64,000 nucleotides of DNA from Planctomycetota bacterium (GTDB lineage Bacteria > Planctomycetota > SZUA-567 > JAFGGJ01): NCBI GenBank assembly GCA_016930595.1, contig JAFGGJ010000042.1:51517-115516 (forward strand), in the 5' to 3' direction. The position numbers were made by a program, and so were the translations under genes. Position 1 is the stretch's first letter. Each line of letters begins with the position of its first letter. Below, piece after piece: positions 25,870 to 35,352 of this stretch. Below the pieces are notes generated by a model. That model made no database searches, was not told the DNA's origin, and worked only from the letters and a program-made list of their open reading frames with translations.

Positions 25870-28560
25870 ATGAAGGAGGTCGAGATGGGGGACCGGGCGA
25901 ACACATGTCCCGTCTGCGGGAAGGCATATCCGCCGGGGGTGATAATCTGCACGGCGTGCGGGGTGGACCTGCGAACCGGGGAAAGCCTGCCGACGTCGTT
26001 CTACGAGCCGGAGCCGTTCAACTGGGCAAAAGTGGCGTCGGTGGTGAAGCTGGTGATATACGTGGGGCTGCTCGGGGTGGTGGCGCATTTCGGGTGGAAG
26101 TACTACAAGAAGAGCAAAGAGCCCGCGGAAGAAGGCCGGCCGGCGGAGGCTCCCGCGCAGCAGCCGGCGCAGGCGACGGGCCCGCGCAACCAGCCGGCAA
26201 GACCTGTGCGGAAACCCGTGGTCCGCGAGGAAACCGACCAGGACAAGCTGGCCGAAGCAGCGACGTACGCCGCCAACCCGGGAGAAGCCGGGGACGCCGT
26301 GGCGAAGTTTTCCGTGCTGCTGCGGAAGGACATAACGCTGGCGGACGGGGTGATCGGGGACAGCGATCCGATGGTGAGGATATCTGTGGCGAAGGCGCTG
26401 GGGACGATAGGGAGCGAACAGGCGGGAGAGCTGCTGTTCAGGCTGATGGGAGACGATGACCGCCGGGTGGCGGAGGCGGCGGGGCTGGAGGCGCAGCGGC
26501 TGAGGAGGGACCTGCTGACGGGGATGGCGGTGAAGGCGCTGGAGAGCCCGAAACAGGAGCTCAGGCGTGCGGCCGTGGAAATACTGACGCGGCTGCGGAG
26601 CCAGGAAGAAGCGCCGAACGTGATGAAGATGTTCGAAGATGCCGACGCCGGGGTGGTGAGGAGGGCGGTGGACTTCTTCCGGAACGTGGCGATAGACGAC
26701 GAGGGGTACCGGAAACTGCTGAAGCTGGCGGCCAGGGCCGAGGATCCGCCGCTCGCCGGGATGCTGTACGAAACCATCAATTTCCGGTCCACGCAGCAGA
26801 ACGTGAAGGTGCTGGCGGAAGAGCTGGACAAGTTTCCGCGCGAGAAGTTCTTCATACTGACGAACGCCGCGGGGAAGGTAAGGAATTCGGAGGCGGCGAC
26901 GACGCTGCAGAAAAGGGTGGACGTGCTGCTGGGGGGCGTGCAGGAAGACTTCCGCGAGCGGGTGGTGAACAACCTGTTCAACGCGAGCCCCGGGGGAAGG
27001 CGGATGATGTATGCGGAACTGTTCACGCACCACGCACGGCCGGAGGGTTTCGGGGACCTGGCCGTAATCTGGCTGAAGTCGCCGAGCCCGGAGGCCAACC
27101 GGGTATCGGCGTCGGCGCTGTGGGCATGGAAGTCGCGCCACGCCCCGCTGGCGCTGGCGAGCGGACTGGGGGAGCCGGACGCGTTCACAGCGATCGTCAC
27201 GGCGATAGCGCTTTCGCGGCAGGACAAGGGGGAAGTGGGCGCGGTGGCGGAAAAGGTCATGAAATCCGGCAGCGCGCAGGAAAAGGCACTGGCCAGCGCC
27301 GCGGCGTACCTGGCGGGCGACAAGACGGCGATAGAGGGCTGCCGGAAGGCGCTGGCTGCGGGCAGCGTGAACGAGATAACGGCGGCGTTCCTGAGGGCGG
27401 TGGCGGTGGAGGCCGGGGACGAAGCGGCGCTCAAGGCGGCGAAGGCGGCCATCCGGGGAGCGAGGGCCGGGTCGATGGAAGCGCTGCTGGGAGAAGCCGC
27501 TCTGCTCATGGGGGGGCAGGACGGTTCCGAGGATCAGATGGTGGAGGCGGCTGGTGCGACGAAGACGTCGGGTGCGGCGATCCTGGCGGGATATTTCCTG
27601 TGGCGGGCCGCCGACCGGGGCAACCCGGAAGCGCTTGCGCCGATGCTGAAACTGTACGGGAACGAGTCGTTCCACACGGACGGGATCATTTTCGGAAGCA
27701 TGGTGGCGGCGGAGAACCCGGAGAAACTCGCCGAAGCAGTGCTCCCCGGGCTGGAAAAGCTGCCTCCGCGCATGGCGATGCCTCTCGCCATCGCCCTGAA
27801 GCCGCGGGCGGACGAGGTGGGAAAGATCCTTGCGGGAGTGCTGAAGGACGGCACGGCGGCGCAGCGGAAGGCGGCCATGTATCTCTTCGGCGAATTGGGC
27901 GTGGACAACGAGGAGGTGCGGGCCACGGTGGCGGGGCTGATGAAGGACAACAAGGACGACGCGGAATTCCTGCGGGACGCCCGCGTGCTGGTGACGAAGC
28001 TGGCCGGGGACAAGAAGGTGGAGAACGAGTGGCAGGAGATGTTCAAGATCCTGGCGCCGGACCAGTACGACCTGGCGGACGAGCCTTTGAGGCGGCAGAC
28101 GGTCAAGGGCGAGCTCACGGTGCTGGTGCCCAAGAACTGGAAGGAAGCGGGGGAAAGGTACACGACCGACCGCCTGCCGGGGAACCCGCTGGTGCGCGTG
28201 AGCCTGCAGCAGGACACGAACGTCGCGCTGGAAAAACGCCGATTCAGGGACACCAAGAGCATGGCGGAGCAGATACAGCAGCGCTACATGGTGGACATGC
28301 TGACGCACAAGAGGATAAAGGGAGTTGAAGCGGGGCGGAGCGAATTCAAGAACCAGGGCGGGCTGACGATAGCCATGACGCCTATCAGCGAGGAGGAAGG
28401 CGGGACGACGCGTCTCATGGGCTGCGCGGTGCACACCACCCGTGGGCTGAGCCGGTACGTCGAGGTCGAATGCCGGTGCGAGACCAAATACTTCGAACGG
28501 TACAGGCCATTTTTCGAAAAGGTCGTACTTTCCATAGACCTGCTTTCGGTAAGGCCGTGA
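25870..28560 (+). CDS. Zinc-ribbon + single-TM anchored protein with many HEAT/PBS-lyase repeats
   Basis: N-terminus CPVCGKAYPPGVIICTACG (double CxxC), then TM (VASVVKLVIYVGLLGVVAHFGW). HEAT-like repeats follow (DPMVRISVAKALGTIGSEQAGELLFRLMGDDDRRVAEAA...). Confidence 0.65.
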   Translation: MKEVEMGDRANTCPVCGKAYPPGVIICTACGVDLRTGESLPTSFYEPEPFNWAKVASVVKLVIYVGLLGVVAHFGWKYYKKSKEPAEEGRPAEAPAQQPAQATGPRNQPARPVRKPVVREETDQDKLAEAATYAANPGEAGDAVAKFSVLLRKDITLADGVIGDSDPMVRISVAKALGTIGSEQAGELLFRLMGDDDRRVAEAAGLEAQRLRRDLLTGMAVKALESPKQELRRAAVEILTRLRSQEEAPNVMKMFEDADAGVVRRAVDFFRNVAIDDEGYRKLLKLAARAEDPPLAGMLYETINFRSTQQNVKVLAEELDKFPREKFFILTNAAGKVRNSEAATTLQKRVDVLLGGVQEDFRERVVNNLFNASPGGRRMMYAELFTHHARPEGFGDLAVIWLKSPSPEANRVSASALWAWKSRHAPLALASGLGEPDAFTAIVTAIALSRQDKGEVGAVAEKVMKSGSAQEKALASAAAYLAGDKTAIEGCRKALAAGSVNEITAAFLRAVAVEAGDEAALKAAKAAIRGARAGSMEALLGEAALLMGGQDGSEDQMVEAAGATKTSGAAILAGYFLWRAADRGNPEALAPMLKLYGNESFHTDGIIFGSMVAAENPEKLAEAVLPGLEKLPPRMAMPLAIALKPRADEVGKILAGVLKDGTAAQRKAAMYLFGELGVDNEEVRATVAGLMKDNKDDAEFLRDARVLVTKLAGDKKVENEWQEMFKILAPDQYDLADEPLRRQTVKGELTVLVPKNWKEAGERYTTDRLPGNPLVRVSLQQDTNVALEKRRFRDTKSMAEQIQQRYMVDMLTHKRIKGVEAGRSEFKNQGGLTIAMTPISEEEGGTTRLMGCAVHTTRGLSRYVEVECRCETKYFERYRPFFEKVVLSIDLLSVRP

Positions 28561-28561
28561 C

Positions 28562-31150
28562 GTGAGGGCCTGCGGGACCTTGCTGCTGCTTCTGGGCGCG
28601 CTCTGCGCCGAGGCGGGCGAGGCGGCCGTCGAACTGCCGGAGGACGGGGCGGTGCCGGTGGTCGAGGTGGCGGGCCCCTACTCTTCCAGGCAGACCGCCG
28701 AAGCGCTCGCAGGAGCGGAGTGGGCCCCGTCCGCGGCGACTCCCGCGGGAAACGGTCCTGACGCCGTGTATTTCGGCGGCAGGACGGTGGTGGACGTATC
28801 CGGGCGGTGTTTTCCCGTGGCGGGCAGAATATACATACGGCTGCGGATAGTGCCGGTTTCCGGGGGTGCGAGGAGCCTGGGGATAGATTCGTACCACTGG
28901 AAGGCGTTCATTCTGGCGGACGGGCAGTGGCGGCGCCTTAACGCGGTGAACCAGCGGGCGCCGAACCTTATCAGGCTGCAGGCGGAAAAAGACAGGCCGC
29001 TGACGGTGCTGATGGAAACGACGCCGTTGTATTCGAGCTGCAAGGCGGCATTCACGTGGCACGGGGAGCGCGGCGACGTCGTACTGGCGTGCGGGGACGT
29101 GGAACAGGCGGTGCTGGATTCCATCGGGGTGGACACCGGGCGCGGCACGGTGACGTCGCTGGAAGAGGAGCGGGAGGCGGATGTATCGTTCGAGTGGTCC
29201 GAGCCGGCGGCCGTCCGCGAGCCGGTAACGGTCACGGCGCCCGACGGGAAGAAACATGAAACGGCGTGGGGGGGCGGTCCCGTAAAGCTGGGACTGCCTG
29301 GAGCGGACTACGGGAGGCCGTCGCTGGACGTGGTACTGGAGATGGGGAAGAGCCGCCGCACGGTGAAGATACCTTACAGGGCGGGGATAAAGAAGGAATA
29401 TGCGCGCCTGAGGGCCGTTGCCGACGGGCTGGACGCGGCGGACAGGCCGGGACGGGCGCTGTTCCTGTTGAGACTGGACCAGGTGGAGGACGAGATCGGC
29501 GGGCCGGGCATTTTCGGGACGGACTGGGAGAGGATCCTGGAACGGCTGGAAGAGGCGGCGGCCGCATGGGAGGCCGGGCCGGGCGATTATTACGGCAGGC
29601 GGGCGGGCTTCCGGGAAGACGCATACGTGTCGGACGTGGACATGACGGCGCAGCCTTACATGCTCTACGTGTCGTCAAAGCCGATGGAGAAGCGCCCGCT
29701 GGTGGTGTACCTGCACGGTTACGTCCCTAGCTACGACCGGGCGGACTGGCTGGGGCCCAGGCCCATGGAATACCTGCCGTACGAGGAAGAAGGGGCGATA
29801 TACGCCGTGCCGTTCGCCCGGTCGAACACGGACTTCCTGACAGTGGGGGAAAGCGACGTCCTGGCCGTGATGGAGGAGGTGAAGAAGCGCTTCAGCGTCG
29901 ACGAGCAGCGCATCTACGCAGCGGGGTATTCCATGGGGGGCAGCGGGGTATGGACGCTGCTTGCCCACTATCCCGACATATGGGCGGGGGCGCTGGTGCT
30001 GTCCGGGCGGACGGACTACTACTACTGGCACGACCTCGACCCCGCGAAACTCTCCCCCTGGCTCAACACGATGATACGGGCGAACAACCCCATGGACACG
30101 CCGGAGAACCTGGCGCACATACCGATGCTGGTGTTCCACGGGGACATGGACTGGGTGGTGAAGACAGGGCATTCGACGCGGATGGTGGAGAAACTCGTCG
30201 AGATGGGGTCTCCGGCCGAGTTCCGCTGGGTGCACGGCGCCGACCACTGGCGGGCGGGAGTAGTCCTGTACCAGGAAGAGGTGACGAAGAGGCTGCTGGG
30301 GTTCAGGAGGGTGCCGCCGAAGCGGTTCAGCCGGAAGACGTTCCTGACGAAATACGCGAAGTGGAGCGGGGTGGAAGTGCTGGCGGTGGAAGACATGGTC
30401 GCCCCGATAACAATGCAGGCGGACCTGGAAGCGGGAGAGGCGACGGTCGGGAACGCGACGCTCGTCCGGGCGCCGAAGGACCTGGCGATAAAAGGGCTGG
30501 AAAAGCTGTGGGAAAACGCGGCTTCCGCGTACTGGGGCAAGGGAGAATGGACGGGCCGCGAGGGAACTCCGTACATGTGCCGGCCGCCGGAAATGCCCGG
30601 GACATTCCGCGACCTGACGTCGAAACCTTTCGCCGTGGTGTACGGAACCGGGGGTGAAAGGGCCGCGGCGCTGAAGGGGGCGGCGGAAAGGTTCGCCCGC
30701 ACGTGGGAGGAATTCACCAAGTCGCCGGCCCTGGTGTTTGCCGACGACAGCCTGCCGGCGGGCATGGAAAGGGAGAGAAGCCTGGTGCTTTTCGGCGAAG
30801 CCGCGGAAAACACCTTTACGGGAAGGGCCGCCGGCTGCCTGCCGTTCTCCATAACCGGCGGGGTCGTGACCATAGGAAGCATGGTGCACACGCTGGGAAG
30901 AAACGAAGGGTACATAATCACGTACCCGAGCCCGTTCGCCGAACACAGATACGTTGCCCTGTGCGGCACGGCCGAGTGGGGAGGAAACCTGTCGGCGAAC
31001 CACAAGTACGATTTCGTGCCGGACGTGGCGGTTTTCCGGTGCGGAGACGGGGGTTTTCAACAGTCGGACGAGTACATCATGGCGGGCTTCTTCGACAGCG
31101 CGTGGCGGGTGGATGAGAAGCTGCTGTTCCGGGGGCATCTGAAAGAGTGA
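28562..31150 (+). CDS. Secreted alpha/beta-hydrolase fold esterase/peptidase (Ser-Asp-His triad) with large N-terminal extension
   Basis: GTG start, signal MRACGTLLLLLGALCAEAGEA. Nucleophile elbow AAGYSMGGSG. Acid HGDMDWVV. His GADHW. About 450-aa N-terminal domain of unknown fold. Confidence 0.7.
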   Translation: MRACGTLLLLLGALCAEAGEAAVELPEDGAVPVVEVAGPYSSRQTAEALAGAEWAPSAATPAGNGPDAVYFGGRTVVDVSGRCFPVAGRIYIRLRIVPVSGGARSLGIDSYHWKAFILADGQWRRLNAVNQRAPNLIRLQAEKDRPLTVLMETTPLYSSCKAAFTWHGERGDVVLACGDVEQAVLDSIGVDTGRGTVTSLEEEREADVSFEWSEPAAVREPVTVTAPDGKKHETAWGGGPVKLGLPGADYGRPSLDVVLEMGKSRRTVKIPYRAGIKKEYARLRAVADGLDAADRPGRALFLLRLDQVEDEIGGPGIFGTDWERILERLEEAAAAWEAGPGDYYGRRAGFREDAYVSDVDMTAQPYMLYVSSKPMEKRPLVVYLHGYVPSYDRADWLGPRPMEYLPYEEEGAIYAVPFARSNTDFLTVGESDVLAVMEEVKKRFSVDEQRIYAAGYSMGGSGVWTLLAHYPDIWAGALVLSGRTDYYYWHDLDPAKLSPWLNTMIRANNPMDTPENLAHIPMLVFHGDMDWVVKTGHSTRMVEKLVEMGSPAEFRWVHGADHWRAGVVLYQEEVTKRLLGFRRVPPKRFSRKTFLTKYAKWSGVEVLAVEDMVAPITMQADLEAGEATVGNATLVRAPKDLAIKGLEKLWENAASAYWGKGEWTGREGTPYMCRPPEMPGTFRDLTSKPFAVVYGTGGERAAALKGAAERFARTWEEFTKSPALVFADDSLPAGMERERSLVLFGEAAENTFTGRAAGCLPFSITGGVVTIGSMVHTLGRNEGYIITYPSPFAEHRYVALCGTAEWGGNLSANHKYDFVPDVAVFRCGDGGFQQSDEYIMAGFFDSAWRVDEKLLFRGHLKE

Positions 31151-31298
31151 CATGCGGCCGGCTGCGGTGTTAAAGAAAATGTGGTTGGAAGCTGCGGGAT
31201 AAGCGTCTAATCTATAGACAGGCAGTTTATAGAAAAGGGGCGCGGCAGGGGCAGACGGGAGAGGTCTGCCCGGCGTGCGCCTGTCAAGAGGAGCGAAA

Positions 31299-34200
31299 AT
31301 GCAGATTTATTTTTGCGAAAGATGCGGGAAGAGGGTAAGCGACGTCGAGATACAGAAGAGAACCGCCGTGGCGATCGACGACCTGGTGTATTGCCACGAT
31401 TGCGCCGCCGCCGAGGGGATACTGGAAGAAGCGCTGAAACAGCAGGCCGCGCCGAAGACTCAGCCGATATCCGGGCGCGGCCGCAGGACTTCGCACAAGA
31501 CGCGCGCCGTCCAGGTCGAACCCGGCGAGGAACTGCCCATGGGCACGCCGGGCGTGCCCAAGTGGATATACGGGGCGGTGGTGGGAGGCGTGGTGGTGGC
31601 GATCATAATACTCTTTTTCGTGATACAGGGCGGCAAAGAGCAGGGGCCTCCGACCGCGGCAACGCCGCCCACGGCTGACGCCCAGCCGCCAGTGCCCACC
31701 GTGGTTCCCGACCCGGCCGGGCCCGAACCGGCGCAGCCGGAGCCGGAACCCGCCCAGCCGGAACCCGTCGCCGCCCCGAAAGTATCGCTGGCGGACGTGA
31801 AACCGGGAGGCGCCCGCCAGGGGGCGCCGGCCGACGCGCTGCTCGTCTCGGACTTCGACAGCGGAGTCCGGATAGACACGGTCCCCGAACCGGCCGCCGC
31901 GACGATAGCCGCGGCTCCGGGCGAAACTGGAAAAAGCCTGATAATAGAGAAGCCGGAAGGCTACGACAGCAAGTACGGCATGGCAAGGATATTGTTCGAT
32001 GAAGAGAAGAACCTGTCCAACTACCTGCGGGTCGGGTTCTACGCGGCCGGCGGGCCCGTGCCGGCGGAGGTCAAGGTGGGGGTGATCGCGCAGGGACCCA
32101 TCAGGTCGCTGATTACTCCGGATTCCGGGCACAGCATAACCATCGGTCCGGAATGGAAATGGTACGAGCTGCTGCTGTCGGGGAACGTGGAACAGGTGCG
32201 GGGTCTCGCTTTCCATTTCAACAGCGGAGGGACGAAAGAACCGTACAAGCTGTTCCTGGACGACGTCATGGCGGTGGCGCCGAAAAGCGAAACGCCCGCG
32301 GCCCCGACGGCTTCTCCCGCGACGCCGGGCCCTGCGGAAGGCGCCGGCATCGTGACGGCCATGGACTTCGAGAACGGTCTCGGCAATTACGAGTCCAAGT
32401 ACCAGCACAAGGTCGAAGCATCCGCCGACGCGGCCCATACGGGCGCCCTGGGGATGAAGATCATCCAGGCGGCGGGAGACAGGACGGCCCAGGCGTCCCG
32501 GGTGCTTGTGCGCTTCGACAAGCCGGTGAACAAGGCCGACTTCGAAGGGATAAGCTTCTGGACCGGCGGCAAGAACATCACGGACAAGCGCTTCGAGATA
32601 GACCTGCTGGGGGAAAACGACGATCACAAGGTAATGGACTTCGCGCGCTACACGGCGGACTGGAAAGAGCATCGGTATGCGTTCAGCAAGGTGGAGAGAC
32701 CGCTGCCGGACAAGATAACCGGCGTCGCATTCTATTTCAACAAGGAAGAACAGGAAGGGCCGTTCGAGGCGTATCTTGACGACATAAAGTTTTTCGGCGG
32801 CAAGGCAACGGCGGCGGCATCGAGCGGACGTACGGTCTTCGCAAACGATTTCGAGCAGGACGCCAACGGGTGGGACCTGGGACAGCGGGTCCAGGACGCC
32901 GGGACCGGCTCCTGGGTCTACGAAAGCACCCAGGCAAACGGACCATACGCCAGGCGTGCAACGGTAGTGATAGGCCTTATCCGGCCCAGGCGGACGGAAC
33001 TCTTCGCCGACACGGGCAACAAGACCCTGACGTTCGATTACTACGTCTCCAGCGGCAGCCCCAGCCCGGAATTGACCGTCACGCTGTGGGAGCTGAAGAC
33101 CAATATGAACTGGCACCACAAGATTCAGAACGTGGTCAAGGACCGCTGGACGACGGTAAGCCTGCCGGTCGCCACGTCGTTCGAGACGAGCCCTGCGGAC
33201 AGCAGGATGCCGGCCGACGGCGCCGTGAGCGAAATAAAGATCGGCCTGACGTCCGACCCCGAAAACGCCGCCATGAAACTTGACAACCTGAAGGTAACCG
33301 AGGCCGTAGCGGCGGCCACACAGGAGAAATCCCTGTTCGCCAACGATTTCGAACAGGACTCGAACGGCTGGGCCGGCGGAGAACGCATCAGCGACAACGC
33401 GGCGCCCGGGTCGAAGTGGTCGTACCGCGCGAAGCCGGAGAGCGAGAACGCCGCGTTCTCACGGCGGGTGAACGTGGCCAGCTACCAGATGACCCCCAGG
33501 CTCGACCCGCTGTTCACGGTCGCCGATAACAGTTACGTCTCGCTGGACTATTACGTGTCCGGCCCGTTGTCCAACGACGAACCGATGCAGGTCATGTTCA
33601 CCGGCACGGGGAGGCCGTCGAACCCGCGTTACACGATAATGAACCCCGTGGCGGACAAGTGGACGAAGGTGGATATTCCGGTGACTGCGTTCGACAAGAG
33701 TTTTCCGACGGCCGCCGGCGACACGGTGCGGGAGATGATCGTCCAGGCCGGCAAGCCCGGAGAAAACAACGTCCTGGTCATCGACAACTTCCGCATATAC
33801 CAGAAGGGAGCCGTCGCCGACACGGCTCCGACGGCGGACGCCACCGGCACGACGACGGGGCAGTCCTCGGCGGTGACCGAACCGGTGACGAAGACCGGCG
33901 TATCCGGCGGTGAGGCCATAGTGATTTTCTATGCGGACTTTGAAGAGAGTTCGAACGGCTTTGAGAACGGGGCGCGGGCAACGGACAAAACGTTCAGCGA
34001 TTCCCGGGGTGCGTTCAAGGCCACGTGGAACGCCCAGGCGGAGTTCTTCGCCTGCAGCCCTGGGGTAAGCAAATGGAGCATCGGGAAGTCCAAGCAGGAC
34101 GGTGCGTTCCAGCTCCAGCGGGACACCAAGTTCACGTTCGCCTACTACCTGGAAGGCGCCGACTACATACAGGTGCAGTTCTGGAACACGCAGAAGAACG

Positions 34201-35240
34201 AGAACTTCTACATCAGGCAGAAGGCGCAGCAGGGCGCCTGGACCATCTGGCAGATGAATTTCGAATCCGCCGAGTCCAACAACCACGACGGCAAGAAATG
34301 CGAATCGGGCGACTGGGTTAAGAGCCTGAGCATATTCACGGGCGAAAAGACCAAGGAATGCTCGTTCTACATCGACAACGTCATAGCCTACTCGGGCGAC
34401 ATGCCGGCCGACATGGGCAAGTCGCTGGCAAGGAAGATAGCCGAGACCAAGGCTCTGAGCGGGACGGCGATAAAGGACGGCTTCTTCCTGAACGGCGAAG
34501 TGCTGGCGAACCTGGCCAAGCACCACAAGCCCGACGACACCGACGACATGTACATCGCGGTGCTGGGCGACGACCTCGCGAAACCCAGCACGCTCCTGAC
34601 CCCCCTGCTCCGCGACGGCGAGCCCCTCGAAGGGCACAAGCAGGCACTCAGGAGCACGTACGCGTCCAGCAAGAACATCGTCGAGAAACTCGCAGACAAG
34701 CTGGAAAGAGGCATCAAGCGCAACAAGCCGGAAGTGATGTTCATAATGGCCGGCTACACGGACGTGCGCATGCAGAGGAAAACCGAGGAAATAAACGCCC
34801 AGATAAAACTCATGGTGGAAAAATGCCTGCTGGAAGGAATCGTCCCGATACTGATAACGCTGCCGCGCAAGCCGGTGCAGCAGGATCCGCTGGCAGGGGC
34901 GTTCGCCGACCTGCGGAGCCAGGAGATACTCCTGGCTGAGCAGCTCAAGATACCGCTCATCGAGGCGAACAAGCTGCTGGGCGGCGACGACAAGGTTGTG
35001 AAAAGACATTTCTCGGGCGAGACGGTCCGGATGGACGGCTACAACACCCTGAACGAAACCATCGCCAAGGTGTACAGGGCGGTAGAGTTCAAGGTCTTCA
35101 ACAGGGGCGAGCCCCTGCTGCCGCCGCAGGCCGTCACGGGAGAGGAAACCCCCGCCGGCCCCGCCGAACCGGGGCCCGAAGAGCTGACGCCCGAGGAACA
35201 GGAAAAAATCGACGAGAAGATCGACGACATCGAAATATAG
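31299..35240 (+). CDS. Giant zinc-ribbon/TM-anchored protein with Pro-rich linker, three lectin/CBM-like repeats (F/Y-A-N/D-D-F-E-Q/E-D/S-x-N-G-W/F) and a C-terminal SGNH-like domain
   Basis: ATG at 31299 after AGGAG. FCERCGKRV...YCHDCA zinc ribbon, then TM VVGGVVVAIIILFFVI. Repeats are SGRTVFANDFEQDANGWDLG, KSLFANDFEQDSNGWAGG and AIVIFYADFEESSNGFENG. C-terminal region (IAVLGDDLAK ... FIMAGYTDV ... DGYNTL) resembles SGNH blocks I, III and V, with the catalytic His apparently replaced. Confidence 0.7.
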   Translation: MQIYFCERCGKRVSDVEIQKRTAVAIDDLVYCHDCAAAEGILEEALKQQAAPKTQPISGRGRRTSHKTRAVQVEPGEELPMGTPGVPKWIYGAVVGGVVVAIIILFFVIQGGKEQGPPTAATPPTADAQPPVPTVVPDPAGPEPAQPEPEPAQPEPVAAPKVSLADVKPGGARQGAPADALLVSDFDSGVRIDTVPEPAAATIAAAPGETGKSLIIEKPEGYDSKYGMARILFDEEKNLSNYLRVGFYAAGGPVPAEVKVGVIAQGPIRSLITPDSGHSITIGPEWKWYELLLSGNVEQVRGLAFHFNSGGTKEPYKLFLDDVMAVAPKSETPAAPTASPATPGPAEGAGIVTAMDFENGLGNYESKYQHKVEASADAAHTGALGMKIIQAAGDRTAQASRVLVRFDKPVNKADFEGISFWTGGKNITDKRFEIDLLGENDDHKVMDFARYTADWKEHRYAFSKVERPLPDKITGVAFYFNKEEQEGPFEAYLDDIKFFGGKATAAASSGRTVFANDFEQDANGWDLGQRVQDAGTGSWVYESTQANGPYARRATVVIGLIRPRRTELFADTGNKTLTFDYYVSSGSPSPELTVTLWELKTNMNWHHKIQNVVKDRWTTVSLPVATSFETSPADSRMPADGAVSEIKIGLTSDPENAAMKLDNLKVTEAVAAATQEKSLFANDFEQDSNGWAGGERISDNAAPGSKWSYRAKPESENAAFSRRVNVASYQMTPRLDPLFTVADNSYVSLDYYVSGPLSNDEPMQVMFTGTGRPSNPRYTIMNPVADKWTKVDIPVTAFDKSFPTAAGDTVREMIVQAGKPGENNVLVIDNFRIYQKGAVADTAPTADATGTTTGQSSAVTEPVTKTGVSGGEAIVIFYADFEESSNGFENGARATDKTFSDSRGAFKATWNAQAEFFACSPGVSKWSIGKSKQDGAFQLQRDTKFTFAYYLEGADYIQVQFWNTQKNENFYIRQKAQQGAWTIWQMNFESAESNNHDGKKCESGDWVKSLSIFTGEKTKECSFYIDNVIAYSGDMPADMGKSLARKIAETKALSGTAIKDGFFLNGEVLANLAKHHKPDDTDDMYIAVLGDDLAKPSTLLTPLLRDGEPLEGHKQALRSTYASSKNIVEKLADKLERGIKRNKPEVMFIMAGYTDVRMQRKTEEINAQIKLMVEKCLLEGIVPILITLPRKPVQQDPLAGAFADLRSQEILLAEQLKIPLIEANKLLGGDDKVVKRHFSGETVRMDGYNTLNETIAKVYRAVEFKVFNRGEPLLPPQAVTGEETPAGPAEPGPEELTPEEQEKIDEKIDDIEI
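31724..31768. repeat. Short imperfect tandem repeat (about 21 nt, encoding EPAQPEP units) within the Pro-rich linker
   Basis: gaaccggcgcagccggagccg / gaacccgcccagccggaacccg in the linker region. Potential slippage-prone low-complexity segment. Coordinates approximate. Confidence 0.3.
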
Positions 35241-35352
35241 CGTGTCAAGAGGGCAACCCTGTTGAACATGCTTCGGCCGCCGCGTGCGTTGAAACAGCGC
35301 GACGCGGCGGCTGCGCGTGCAGGCCCCGCGGCTCGAGACGAAAGGGAAGGCA

